Source of the DNA: Asterias rubens
Lineage: Eukaryota
NCBI RefSeq assembly: GCF_902459465.1
Contig: NC_047081.1
Coordinates: 11,284,001-11,348,000, forward strand
Length of the DNA stretch: 64,000 nt
Direction of reading: 5' to 3'
Shown: positions 36,800 to 49,435 of the stretch, one piece after another
Layout of the letters: every line of letters starts with the position of its first letter
Numbering within the stretch: position 1 is the stretch's first letter
Position numbers and translations under genes: made by a program
The notes under the pieces: generated by a model
Databases searched by the model: none
Seen by the model: only the letters and a program-made list of their open reading frames with translations
Told to the model about the DNA's origin: nothing

Positions 36800-37500
36800 G
36801 TTGTGTGGTAGCTTTTTGCGATGCAATAAAATAACGCATATCAAACTCAACGTAAATTTAGTACACGTATGGTAAGCGCCATTTGGGGTAGCGCTAGTCT
36901 TGACTGACGACGCTGTTTTTCGTATGTCACCAGTAGAGGGCGTAGCACTGAAGGCTAACTTCCAGGAGAGACTGGACAAGTCTATTTTAGCTGGAACGAA
37001 TAACGTTGAGCTAGATGTTTGTGTAATACTATCTCTTCTCCAGTAAATCGTACTCTTGCTGTGTTTACAAATAAACTTCGCGCGATCGCCACTCAAGACT
37101 AGGCCTAAAGGGTTGCACTGGTATCCGCCTCTACCTCTATGTGCCATTTCTGGGTTATAAAAGGGTTGTTTAAAAACAGATTTGTCTGCGTACACAAATA
37201 AACAACAAGGAAGCAGTTATAAATGTAACTTTTTGGGGATAGTCCTCAAAGTTGAACAAATTTAGCTCAGCTGAAAGACGAATTTAGCTGGCCAAGTTGC
37301 CAACCTATGAGTCATATGACTCTTGACCTATATCATATCTAGACCCCGCCTCTTTCAGATAAACTTGACGGCTACCTACTCTACAAATTAGACTGGACTC
37401 CAAACCTGTTGTATTACCATGGAGCAATAAACTAGATTGCTCCATGGTATTACTTGATGCATGCACGCACGTGATAATCCTGTGGTCTGAGCTAGCTACA
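36800..37500. promoter_or_regulatory. Shared divergent promoter region between DNAJB12/14 and the lipase
   Basis: Head-to-head gene starts. CTCF-like ccagtagagggcgt 36930-36943, AP-1-containing palindrome 37309-37322, GC box near 37344, E-box CACGTGA 37468-37474. Confidence 0.55.
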
Positions 37501-37672
37501 AATTAATGTAAAACTGTAAACATTGGCAGTCGAGTCGAGTCATCGGCGATGTGTGGTTATCGATTGCAGGAATTGCTTTTGCTAGGAAGCCGCTCTATTG
37601 TCATAAAGTTTATTTGTTTGTTTCCCTGATCACTGGACCGAATAACACAGTTTTTAAACAGCAAATCTTGAG
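37490..37672 (+). other. Predicted 5'UTR exon of the lipase gene (start approximate)
   Basis: Consensus donor ttgag|gtaagt at 37672/37673; acceptor ttctaattag just upstream of the lipase ATG. Confidence 0.5.
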
Positions 37673-38439
37673 GTAAGTTTTTATTTACTCTCCACCGGGA
37701 AACATGATCAATTATTTTATATGTTTACAACAAACCTAAAAAATGAAGACCCGTCTAACTAGCCAAGAAAAAGGAGCAAGAGTAAATTGTAAAGTGGTGG
37801 TTATATATAATAAATAACAAATAGCCCCCATAAATACCGTGTCGTCCACTTCGTTCGAGGTTGATTGGCACTATTTTAATGAGGCTGATCTACGGTTTAT
37901 GAATAAATTGTTGGCAAGAACGTAGAGCTGAACTGATGCCATGGTCACATTGTTGTCACACCTTGACCACACCCCCTTCTTTTTGTAAACAACCGGCCCG
38001 CCCCCATCGTTGTTGCGCTCTCTGTTTCTACCTCCATGCTGTGAGCATGCTGTTAGTGGTCCCTTTTAAATTCATATGCAAATATAAAATAGTTATTTTC
38101 TAAATTCTGTTCATGGTGTTTATTGATCATGGATTTTATTCAGAGTTTTACCTTTGACTTTGACTTTTTGAAACAGCATGGTCAACTCACTTTCAATTTA
38201 CAAAGGGCACTTTAACATGTTTAAAGTTCCAATCCTTTGGAAAGTCTGAAGGCCTTTTGAGTATTGGGAACCTTTGAAGGGGCACCAAGGCCAAGACCAG
38301 AGGCAACTGTTGCCTCTGAGTAATTCCATAACCTGACTTTACAATTTGAATTACACTTGTATTCATTTTGTAATATTTTTCTAATGATAATGTAGTTTTG
38401 TTTTTTGTTCTTTCTAATTAGTTCATCCTTTCTTTCAAG

Positions 38440-41400
38440 ATGAAGATGCTTTCATCCAAGACCTGCATTTGGCTCTTCGTCCTTTGTGCTGGGCTCCGAT
38501 ATGCAGCCTCGTCAAGCTCAATGGAAAAAGTTATCAACAATTCACATGAACTAAAAGACATCCTTAGCCTATTGGGTCGTGATAAAGGAGACAACCCTGA
38601 TATTAAAATGAGCAACTGTGAAAGAGCTATGAAGTTTATCTCGGGCCTTCTAAAAAGATTTGGGTCAGATGACATTGAGAAGAAGTTCAACGAAGCTCAT
38701 CTGGGCTTTGATTTCTGTAAATCAGGGCTGAATCACGACCAAGATGTTAAGTACAATGTGGTGAGTGTATAAAGGCAGTATGCAACTTCAAAATGTGTTT
38801 GGGAATTTCGATATTTCAAACGTACATTTAGCAGAGGAAAGCGTATTTTTAAAACAAAGAATTTACTTTGTAATTCCTCCAAGGTTTTTATCACACCATC
38901 ATTCGTTATCGGGAGTTTAAACATGAGTCACGAAGAGATGTTGTTGTTTTTTTGGCAATTTGTCCTCGTGTTTATGACTTTTTGTATTTGTTTTTGTTTG
39001 TTCGAGGGATTGATTAAATAGATAAGCTCTCTGGTCAACAACTCTTCCAGGAGCTTTGTTTTTGCTTTTTACATATCGGATTTTTGAGGAGGATTTCTAG
39101 CAAATTATGGTGAGGCTATGTTTTATTAGCCTTTGCAATATCAATATTGATTTATTGTTGTTTTTTCGGAGCAGTCATATTGCATCATGCATTGACATTG
39201 TTATCAGGTAGACAGGCATGAAGTCCACAGGGCGTCTGGTTTCCTTTTTCGCATAAAAATAAAAAGACATTTGTCTGGCGCTTATAAACATTTTAAACGT
39301 TGTATCAAACGTATCAAATTGTTTTACTACAACCCCGGTTCATTTGGGCCTTAAGTATTCCTGGAATCATCTCAACTCCTTTGGAGTATGCAGCACCAGC
39401 AGCCAAGATGGTGCACACAGATTGCTAACCATTCACATGAACAATCTGTACCCTCGCGGAGTCGCAGGTACCCATTTACCTCTGGGTGATGCGAAGCATA
39501 TTGTAATAAAGTGTCTTGCCCAAGAACTTAAGTGTCATGATGGGGATTCAAGCCCACCCTCTGGTGACTCATCAGAACTTCAAGTTGATGCTCTAACCAG
39601 ATTAAAAAAAATAACAATCAAAAAGTCCCAGTAATTTCTTAATAATAATCATAAACAGCCAGTATAGCACCAAAATCCACAAACAAACCTCAAGGCACTT
39701 TACAGATAAAGATTTAAAACAAGATGCCAATAGACATGCCGATAAATATAAAGCAACTGTAATCAGAAAAAGGAACTTCATGAACCCCTTGAAAACATGA
39801 AACTGCTTAAGACTGAATGGACTCCTAAGAAGGAGGAATATAAGAAGAACTGAAATTGAAAACCAATCAGTAATATGAGAATTCAAGCCTTTAACAGTTT
39901 CAGTTTTTATTCAATTTGTTTTTATTTTCAGAGCGGTCTTATCGCAAGTCACGGTTATCCGGTAGAAGAACACGAGGTCCACACTGTAGATGGTTTCATT
40001 TTAACTCTGCACCGTATTCCGCACGGTTTAAAAAATGCATCCAAAGGTGAGATTTTGTGTTTCTCTTTATCATCTGAGGAAGAACAAAGTCATTGCATCA
40101 TGTGATGGTAGCAGCACAGAAAGCAGGAAGTGGTTAATTTTTTTTATGAAAGCAAAATGTTTCAATTCTTATCTGGTAATGAAACCAGGGAGGTCTCATA
40201 ACGTGATCTTGGTCACTAGCTGGCAAGCTGGAGGATACCTGGGTGGTGTCGTGGCCGAGTGGTTTATAGTATCAAATCCAAGTTCTGGCGGTTAAGGGGC
40301 AAGCTTTTGAAGTGTGTGATATCCTTGAGCAAGATGCTTTGCTATGATTGATCCTCTTTACCCAGGGTTCTGGGTTCTTTTAACATTCATAGTACACGGG
40401 ACACACAGCTTAATGTCCCATCCAAAGGACAAAGCAATTATGGTAAAGAATCTTGCTCAAGGACACAAGTGCCAAACCCGGGACTCGGACCCACACTCTG
40501 CTTGTTAGAAACATCTGAACAGGTTATTTTGGCACAATGCCTAAAATAATGGACTTTGGCTAGGGTTTATTTCAGTCCTCGGCAAGGGAATGATGCTGTA
40601 TCCGACTGCCGCTCCTTTTTTTCAAATAATTTTGTTAATTTTTTTAAATAAAATTATGAGAGGTCGCATAACATCAAAAGGCTGTGAGATGTGTTTTTTT
40701 TCTCCACTCATTTTCATACAAAATAAACTCTGTGTTTCCAGGACCTAAGGAGGTTGTCTTCCTTCAGCATGGTCTACTTGCCGCTGCATCCAACTGGATA
40801 ACCAATAAACCCAGTCAGAGTCTCGGGTATATCCTGGCCGATGCTGGCTTTGATGTGTGGATGGGTAACTCCCGCGGAAACACCTACAGTCTGAAACATG
40901 AGACACTGAAACCTGATCAACAGAAGTTCTGGGAGTGGACGTGAGTATGGGTCGAATTGTCCAGTAGGCACTGTGTCAAGGACTTGGGGGGGGGGGGGAC
41001 TGGGGCCTATGACAAAGTATAAAGCATATGGAAAAACCATCAGAGAGAGGACCAATACACACCTACATACAACAGTGTACAGTGCTCATTTCGAGCCCTG
41101 CAATAAAGATAGTAATTATAACAGTGGCTTCTTATACAGTGCTCAGATCTGTTACTGAGTGACACTGGTGCTCCAATAGTCAGTATTTTTCCTGCAAAGT
41201 GGGCGGAGCTCTGTTTTGATTGCGGGACCTTTTCCTTTACATGGTATTATAATGGTTTACACGGTGGTGTGGTGCAATAATTGCTGCCAATCAAACCAGG
41301 ACACCGTGGGTTCTTTTACAACACACAGGACACAAGTGTCACGACCAGAACTTGAACCCACACTCGTGACTCTGCTGACCAGAAACACCTGTATCCAGGG

Positions 41401-43688
41401 ACCATGAAACGCCTATATATTGTTAACAAACATTTATTCATTCCAGGTGGGACGAGATGGCAAAGTATGACCTTCCAGCCTCTTTGAACTTTGTACTAAA
41501 CGCGACTGGCCAGAAACAGCTGAACTACATTGGCCACTCTCAAGGTATACGTTTGACCCAGACTTTTGCACACAGAGTTGTTGGGCCTTACTATTATTCC
41601 CTTTTCTAAAAAGTCCTCTCTTGTGGGGTCCCAGTTTAACCCAGTAAGAAATGTGGGGACTTTTGTTTCCTAGTGTAAAGGCTATTATAGCCCAAAACAT
41701 CCTCATTTCTTTTTAAGTAAAAGGTAGTTAGCCCAAATTTAAACTTCAGACATAATAACTTTGAGGTTTGTGAATAATGCCAAACACGCCGTCAAAGCTA
41801 CACTTGTGAGTCGAAAATTAAAATAAGCTGTTGCAAAAAGTTTTTTAAATGAAATTTCATATCCATTCTGTTTTAAGGAACGATGATCGCTTTCGCCGAG
41901 TTTTCCCGAAACCAGGAGTTAGCGAAAAAAGTCAAGCTGTACTTTGCTATGGGACCCGTGGCAACGGTCGGTTACATGACGTCACCTCTGTTTAGATTTC
42001 TCTCGGACGATGTGCCTGATACTTTTTTCACTGTAAGTTTTTTTGGTTTCAGCTGAAAGTTACTTGTACTCACTTATGCACTTGAGTAACAAAATACTCG
42101 TACTTGAATTTGGGTTTCTAAGATGCTTTGCAGGATTTTTTTTATGATGGTGTTCATGCATAAGGGCTATTAAATGCAAAAGCAAACTCACCAAAATTGT
42201 TTTCAATGTGTAATAACACTGCACTCACCGGAGGGCATTTGGAAGCAGCTTGTTTAACTTCCAAACACACATGGGATGGCAGTGCTGTTTATTAGCACGA
42301 CAGTATAATTATTCTGTGATTTATTTTTTAAAGAATTTACAAAATAGGGGGAACCACTAAAGTAATAATCTGTAGGTCGCAGGTTGAAGTCGTGCTCTAA
42401 TTAAGTCGTCTCTGCTCAGGTGCTAAATTTGCATCTGGATAAAGAATCTTATCTGTGTTTCACACATAAACTGATATATTCTGAGCACTGTGAAAAAGAC
42501 AAGACAACAAGCCACAGAAATATTAATCTGGTCAGATTTGAACCCATGACCTTTCTAGAGCAGATGTCTTACCACTAGACTACCAAGCTTGCCCGGTACG
42601 TAGCTAGAGACAGGTTGATTTAAATTAAATTTTTGTTCTTTATTTTTATCCTTTTTTTTTTCCAGGAAGTTCTTGTGGATCTTCACCTGTATGATTTCTT
42701 TCCGAGCAACGAGTTCTTCCACTTCCTCGGTCAGACGGTCTGTAGTTGCTCGGACACTGTGTTTGCTTGTGAGTTTGTCCTGTCCATGTTCGGTGGGTAC
42801 AGCAAGGAGCATATGAATGCAACGAGATTACCAGTGTACGTACAGAACACTCCGGCAGGAACGTCTGTGTGGAACATGGACCACTGGGGCCAGGTTAGTT
42901 TAATGGGATATTTGTTTGTGTGTTTGAGGGTTGTTGTTTTTTAGTTTTTTAGTTGTTGGTTTTTTTTTGGGGGGGAGGGGAATGGGATGGTCTAAAGTAG
43001 TTTTCTATTATGGTATGTATTTGTTATATCAAATGTGGGCACCAGGGATTATCTCTTTAGAAATTGAATTAAGTTGTTTTTTTAATTTTTTTTTTATTTA
43101 GATGGTGGAATCGAAGAAGTGCTGCATGTATGACTTTGGCCCTAGTGGCAACTTGCAACATTATAACCAGGTAGGTTGAGACAGGGTTCTCATCAGCAGA
43201 GTGTGGGTTCGAGTCCCAGACACTTGTGCCCTTGAGCAAGGCACTTAACCATAGTTGCTTAGTTAAACAAAAGTTGGGTAGGTAGTGCATTGTGCTGTAT
43301 TGGCCAGGCTCCTTGTGGATATACCCATGCCTACTGCCTTAAAAACTGTGGCAGTTGCCTCCGCTTGCCTACGTGAAGTATCAGGCTTGCTTGTTTTTTT
43401 GGGGACCTTACAAAAAAGAGTAACTATTTTCTTGATTTTCCTCTCCAGACCACACCACCTGAATACCTGATTCAAAACATGGAAACAAAAGTCGCTCTCT
43501 TCTACGGCATGAGAGACACCTTGGCCGATCCAACGGACGTAAAGTTGCTCATCCCGAAATTGAAGAACTTGTTTTACAATAAAAGCATCCCTACATACGG
43601 CCACATGGATTTTATTTGGGCGGTCGATGCTTACGAGTACGTCTACAAAGATATCATTGGTCTCATTCTGAACGGAGAGGGCCTTTGA
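38440..43688 (+). CDS. Acid lipase family (lysosomal acid lipase / gastric lipase-like), 474 aa, secreted or lysosomal
   Basis: Exons 38440-38760, 39932-40046, 40742-40940, 41447-41544, 41878-42032, 42666-42893, 43102-43170, 43449-43688 (1425 nt). Signal peptide; [24 protein letters not shown]; LQHGLL; [18 protein letters not shown]; nucleophile GHSQG; catalytic Asp in DTLAD and His in GHMDF. Confidence 0.96.
39355..39600 (-). mobile_element. SINE in lipase intron
   Basis: ggtacccatttac..aagtgtcttgcccaag..aagtgtcatga..gggattcaagccc: reverse of a tRNA head plus conserved core. Confidence 0.65.
40240..40515. mobile_element. Two SINEs in tail-to-tail orientation
   Basis: Plus copy (gtcgtggccgagtggttta..atccttgagcaagatgc, ~40240-40370) and minus copy (tcttgctcaaggacacaagtg..gggactcggacccacactctg, ~40385-40515). 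Confidence 0.6.
41290..41405 (-). mobile_element. SINE fragment
   Basis: ggacacaagtgtcacgaccagaacttgaacccacactc..ctgctgaccagaaacacc. Confidence 0.6.
43175..43265 (+). mobile_element. SINE fragment
   Basis: cagcagagtgtgggttcgagtcccagacacttgtgcccttgagcaaggcacttaacc. Confidence 0.7.
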
Positions 43689-44789
43689 TGATGTCATCAT
43701 CTAGCCCTCTATGTTAGCCATAAGCCAGTCACTTGACGCAAGAAAAAATTGTCGTAAATTGTAGTAACGGTGCTCAGTTTACATCTTATAAGACATACAG
43801 TTTTTGCTTGAGGTCTACCATGTTGGCATAATAACTGTCAATAAAGGGGCACAGCCTTAAAAAGAACTTTAATGTGGTGATTTTTTATAAGAACAAAACT
43901 GCAGACATTTTTATATATTTTTTATTTTTGAAATAAACTGTTTATCCTTGAGACAGTTTAAAGTTCTCGTTTGTAAATGATCATAGGTTAAGTGAATAAT
44001 CAATGCCCTTTTTAAATTTCCAGGTTTTTACTTAGATTTATTTGTGCAGTTGATTAAAAATTAATTTGTTTTAGTTTATGAAATTTAAACTGAATGAATT
44101 TATTATTTTAAAGAATTTATTATTTTAAAGAGTGATTACAAAACAATGAAATACCTTCCTTTTAAAGGGTGTGTATAACGGCGATTTGAAAGTTTAAATT
44201 AAAAGTGTGAACAGATTTGCACATAATATTAAAACATATTGTACATGGTATGTAGATTGTTTTGGTGGAAACTTCCATTAAAGTGAGAGAACGTTTTGAT
44301 CTCGCATTCATTCCAGCTCCTGATTTGAAAACAGTGAAAAGCATGTTTTGTTTCCCCACCATGTTCTTGTGACAATGATGATTGATTGAGCGCAAGTTTC
44401 CACAAGCTTGTTATTTCTGTACATGTATGTTTGGTCACGCAAAGTACGGAGACCGGTCTACGACGAGTCCCAAAACTGCCGGTGTTTTAAAGAATACACC
44501 ATAGTAATTTTCACACAAATGCAGATTTTAGTTGATTGTGCAGTGTGTGTACACAAACAATATCTACATTGTAAATGAGAACAAGATTTTATATTTCCAA
44601 CCACAATTCTCATATAAGTGCCTTTGAATAAACACAAACAAAAATACATGATGGCCTACTTCATTGAGTTATTACTCTCCTATTTCCTTTTTGTGCTCGT
44701 TTGTGTATTTTAAATTTGGTAGATATAAACATGTTGACAAGTGATTCACAGCAGTGCACAGTGCCTTTTTTAAAATGTGTACATGTATT

Positions 44790-45110
44790 TTAAAGCCATT
44801 ATACACTTTCGGAACAGAAAAAAAAAAGTTCACAGACTTACAAATAACTTGCAGGGCTTACAGAAGGTAATGGTGAAAGACTTCTCTTGAAATGGTTTAC
44901 TTTTTGAGAAAACATTAAAACAACTCAAGATTTACGGACTTTGTTTAAAAACGTGTTTTGACACGGCGAAACAAGGGTTGGCCTTCCCGTTATTTTCTCC
45001 AGACTCCGATGACCGATTAAGCCTAAATTTCTCACAGGTTTGTTATTTTATATACAAGTTGTGATACACGTGTGGGCCTTTGGACAATACGGTTTACCGA
45101 AAGTATCATT
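44790..45110. mobile_element. TTAA-flanked MITE, second family (left end ttaa|agccattatacactttcgg)
   Basis: Right end ggacaatacggtttaccgaaagt matches, as reverse complement, the element starting at 63948; shares ccgatgaccgatt.agcc.aaattt..cacaggtttgttatttt with the 63065 family. Confidence 0.7.
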
Positions 45111-46802
45111 TACAATAACCTAGTAAGCCGCTTTATTTGTAATGTTTCATTTTGTTCAGATAGGAAAATCTTTCACTAAAGTTGTGTGTTGAGACAGCAG
45201 GGCGCTACAAAATATTTTTCAATCCTGCAGTTTCGCCCATAAAACAGAATTCATGTAGATACATTCTCCCTTTTTTGTCGTCTTCAAATGAAAGTTTTGA
45301 TGATAAAAGTGTGATCTCAATAAGATTCCAGTCTCTTTTTTTGCATCACAGCAGTGCGAATGTTAAATGCTCTGTAAGCTACACCAACCTGCAAAATATC
45401 ATGTTGAATGAATATTATTATCATCATGAATCGTACAATTTCCGCGTGGATTAAGCCTTTTGGAGGGGGGGGGGGGGGGGGGGGGGAGTAGGACAATTTT
45501 GAAGGGACACAAAGGCCACAGGGAAACGAAGGCCATTGCCCAAGTTACTACCAGGCATCATATGATGAATCATCAAAATTGTCATGAAGACACCTTAACA
45601 TGTGTACAAGTTAAATCACAAATCAAATCACAGGGAACACAATTTCTTTGTATAAAACGGAGAACCCTCCAGTAATGTTATTATTTCCCACTCAAAAAAT
45701 CACAATCTACTCTAAAAGTAAACAAATACAAAAAATCACTTGCAGTAAAACAATGTATTATGGGGGAGTAAATCAGATTTCATGAAAACACACACCGCTT
45801 TCTGTGGATTCAGCAACGCATTTCATGTTCAAAAGATGTTTTGCCAAATAACGTCGTGCAAAATGGAACAGTTTTGTCGTTCGAAATGAACTGCATTAAC
45901 TGACGACATGTTAATTTTGTTAAAATGTGATACTTTCTTATGGAGAGTACACAAGAATACAACTTCCATCATGAACAATTTAAGGGTTTATTATAAAAAG
46001 GAATGCATGTGCAACCAGAATTAATAATTTATTTCAAATCTTCCGAACAAAATTTTTCAGGCCTGAATCACTTGGCTGTTAGTACCCCCCATGTAGACAT
46101 TGAAAGCTAAATTACATTGACATTTTTTAAAAATCACTACCTACGTATTTTGTGGGCGTGTAAAAATTACAAGAGGGCCACACAACACTGTCCCACATTG
46201 CGAACCAGTGCGATGTAAACCCACTAAGTGACAAAGAGCCCACAGTGCCCCCCCCCCCACCCCCGAGAGAAACTGACTAAAAACAGTAATTGAAAAGTAT
46301 ATCCTGCTAACTGCCACACATTTGTCGTGTAAATAGTGTCTCACTAACCCACAGGCTACTTTGGAGAGGTTTGGTTTTTACGATATTTACAATTTGGCCG
46401 TTTTCACTGGGCCCGCCAAACCCACGTTGTTTTCTCAACATCACTCATGTACATTAAATAAAAACTCTCACAAAGTCCTATAAATCCTACGTCAAAAAAA
46501 AATAATAATAATAATAATAATTGAGACAAAAATTTTAAACAAAAAAATTAAAATTCAACAAATTTATCTGAAGAAATAATGACTGATATATCGAACTTCT
46601 TGAGATAATATAGGAACCAAGACTACAAAACAAATGGAACATACAACGAACACGGTTAAAAAGTCAACAGGATCCGTTTGGTCGGTGCCTGCCAACGGTT
46701 GACCCAGGCCATGATGGCAGTCGAAGGGGGGTCACCCACAACGGCGACGTTCAATTGTGAGGTTGTAGATGGCATGATGTATAGTGCTGATGAAGGTTGA
46801 GT

Positions 46803-49219
46803 CTATGTTGCTTTCTGCGATCCCTTCTTGCCGATCAAACTCTTGTGGATATGGGGGATGACACCTGCAAGTAGAGAAAGAAATTAATTACTGCAGGTGA
46901 TTAACAGACTTGCAAGGAAAAGCAAACAAATATTTCATTGTTAATGTCCTGTTAAGATAAAACATGACCCATGAATTATTGATAAGGGGGGGGGGGGGGC
47001 AAAGTGTATCTATAACAATCGCAGACATTTATTGTAACTGGTTCCAAGCCCTTGACAGCCACACTGTTCAGAGAGAACATTGTTTGACCTAATTTTTTAG
47101 AGCTTCGCCCAGGCATATCGCACCAAACTTAATACCATGCCCATCATTGCAATGGAGAGGCCATGGTCTTCATTGACCAGGGCCTCAAATTTCAAAGAGC
47201 TTGAAAAACCATTCACAAAAAGTTTGCTTTCGTGAATGGTTATTTTGACATAATGAGTATATCTTGACAGGTCCACGTTTTTTTTAACTGGGTACGAATT
47301 TGGCAGCGGACCACTGCTAACCTCGATTCATACTTTCTGCGAAGCAAATGTTGGCGGTGCAATAATCAGAATGCGCCTTTTTTACAGTTAAGCACGGTTC
47401 ATACTTCCTGCAAAAGCGAAGCAAATTTTGGTGACGCAACATTTCCCATTATAACGCAGAGAAATTCACTTCGAAACGAAGCATTTGCAGGAAGTATGAA
47501 CTAGCTTCAAAAGAAAGAACATAGAAAATGTGTAAGATTTTGGAATACATACCACCACCAGCGATTGTTGCCTTGATGAGCGAATCCAACTCTTCGTCTC
47601 CCCTGATGGCCAGTTGTAAATGACGGGGTGTGATACGTTTGACTTTCAGATCTTTGCTTGCATTTCCCGCCAACTCTAATACCTGAAATTTAAAAAACAA
47701 ACAAACAAAAAACATGAATATTTCATACAAAAAACGAAACATAGGCTACAAATACAACAAAAATCATAAACCAAAAATAATTTTAGAGCTCGGCTAATCT
47801 GGATTAGTAGGCCTACACTTGAGTGAAATCAATCAATGTAATATTTATAAATAAAAGCAACAATAATTTAGGCCTACACAATTTTAAATCATTTTTAAAC
47901 AAATGCACAACAGATTTTGAGAAATATTTTCTGTCTACTGCATTTCCCATGAATGGATGAATGAATGAAAGTTCCCACAACACAAGCCAAAATGCACTCA
48001 ATGCAGTAAGTTTGTAAATTTCACTACGGTGGGAGAGCTAATGAAATTATAAACCGTAATAAAAATGCAAACCTAGCAGGAAGTTTAAAAGATGTTTGAC
48101 CACTGAATGACGCCCAAACCTTTCCAAAACAAGAAAGTCAAATTCATGTTAATTCCATTCATGCACCACACAAAAAAACCCACTCAACTTAACAGAATTA
48201 TCAACCAAGCTAGGCCTACATTTTTCTTGAAGTAAAACACACCTCATTCATTGTAAACCTCACAAGATAATACATAAATATATAAAATAATATATTGTTA
48301 AAACAAATATTCATTTGGTGAATAACAACACTGGACAAGAAGTGCATTGTGACCTCTGGCCTTGTTATGGCGCCGATTTCTGAAAATCGCGCCAAAATTT
48401 GTAAACACAAAAGTGGCCCTCGACTTGACAACAACACATTGACAAAAATTAAACACATTTTAAAATTAGAATGAAATACACAAAATACAGTAAAACTAAC
48501 CAACTTCACATAAATCGGGTACGAAATGAATGTTAGATAAAGAAAGAAATTATTGACCACAAATAATAATGGCCAATATTTTGCGGGGGGACAAACGCGC
48601 AAATTATCGCGCCAAATTTAATTTTGGTTCTACACAATCTTGGATTTTCTATAAATGGACACAATAAAATGACATTTTGGACAAATCTGTAATACAGGTC
48701 TAGAAAGGCATCTTTTGCAAACCTACCTCAGCGGTCAAATATTCCAGAATAGCGGCAGAGTAAACAGCAGCGGTTGCACCAACACGGCCATGGCTGGTCG
48801 TTCGGTTCTTCAAATGCCTGTGAATACGACCGACTGGAAACTGCAAAACAAAACCCACAAACATGAAATTTTAGAAAAGGTGCATTTATAAGCAATTGCT
48901 GTAAATTGTAAAATTTAATTTGACGAAGCAGTGATGATTTTATGTGAGAAATGCTGCAAACTGTGTGCTTACCTGGAGACCGGCCCTCGCTGACCGTGAA
49001 ACGGCCTTTGCCTTCGCCTTTCCGGAATCTTTACCTGCTTTGCCTCCTGCCTGGGTACAAAAAGTCCGTAAAATATCCGTGTAAATAACATATAAACCCT
49101 CGAAATAAAACAACGAATAACAAGAATAAGCGTTAAAGATTACATTAACATAAAAAATATGGGCGGATGGCATGAAATTACCAAGTATTTTTAAAGGATT
49201 TAAACATTTAGCTCACCAT
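46803..49219 (-). CDS. H2A.Z: Histone H2A.Z (H2A.V / H2A.F/Z), 128 aa
   Basis: Exons 49217-49219 (ATG only), 48973-49050, 48727-48840, 47553-47682, 46803-46864 give [128 protein letters not shown]. Confidence 0.99.
47390..47508. mobile_element. Small MITE in H2A.Z intron 4
   Basis: Perfect 18-bp TIR gttcatacttcctgcaaa (47397-47414) / tttgcaggaagtatgaac (47484-47501). Confidence 0.75.
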
Positions 49220-49289
49220 CTTTGTCTAGCTTGGATCAGTACAACAACCTTCCGTTACAGATGCCCGCGCGTAAACTGCAAAAAAAGAG

Positions 49290-49435
49290 ACGCTTATAAT
49301 ATATAATAAATGAGTGGATCACGTGGTAAATATCCACCAATCGAATGACTGGAAACGTTAGCTTATGAATATTCGTGAATCTCCGGCTTTGTTCGGGTTG
49401 GTTGTAGAACGATGGGTTGAAAGAGGGCGCTCATT
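49290..49435 (-). promoter_or_regulatory. H2A.Z proximal promoter
   Basis: TA-rich TATA-like tract ~49295-49305, E-box TCACGTG ~49318-49325, CCAAT ~49337-49341, AGAGGGCGC 49422-49430. Confidence 0.55.

Noticed and set aside
36767-37195. 142-aa minus-strand ORF upstream of DNAJB12
   Set aside because: Starts at a non-ATG codon, is in a different frame from DNAJB12, spans promoter sequence, and has no protein-like features.
46500-46522. Histone stem-loop 3' end for the H2A gene
   Set aside because: No stem-loop found. The gene has introns and a long AT-rich 3'UTR with an (aat)n tract, as expected for polyadenylated, replication-independent H2A.Z.
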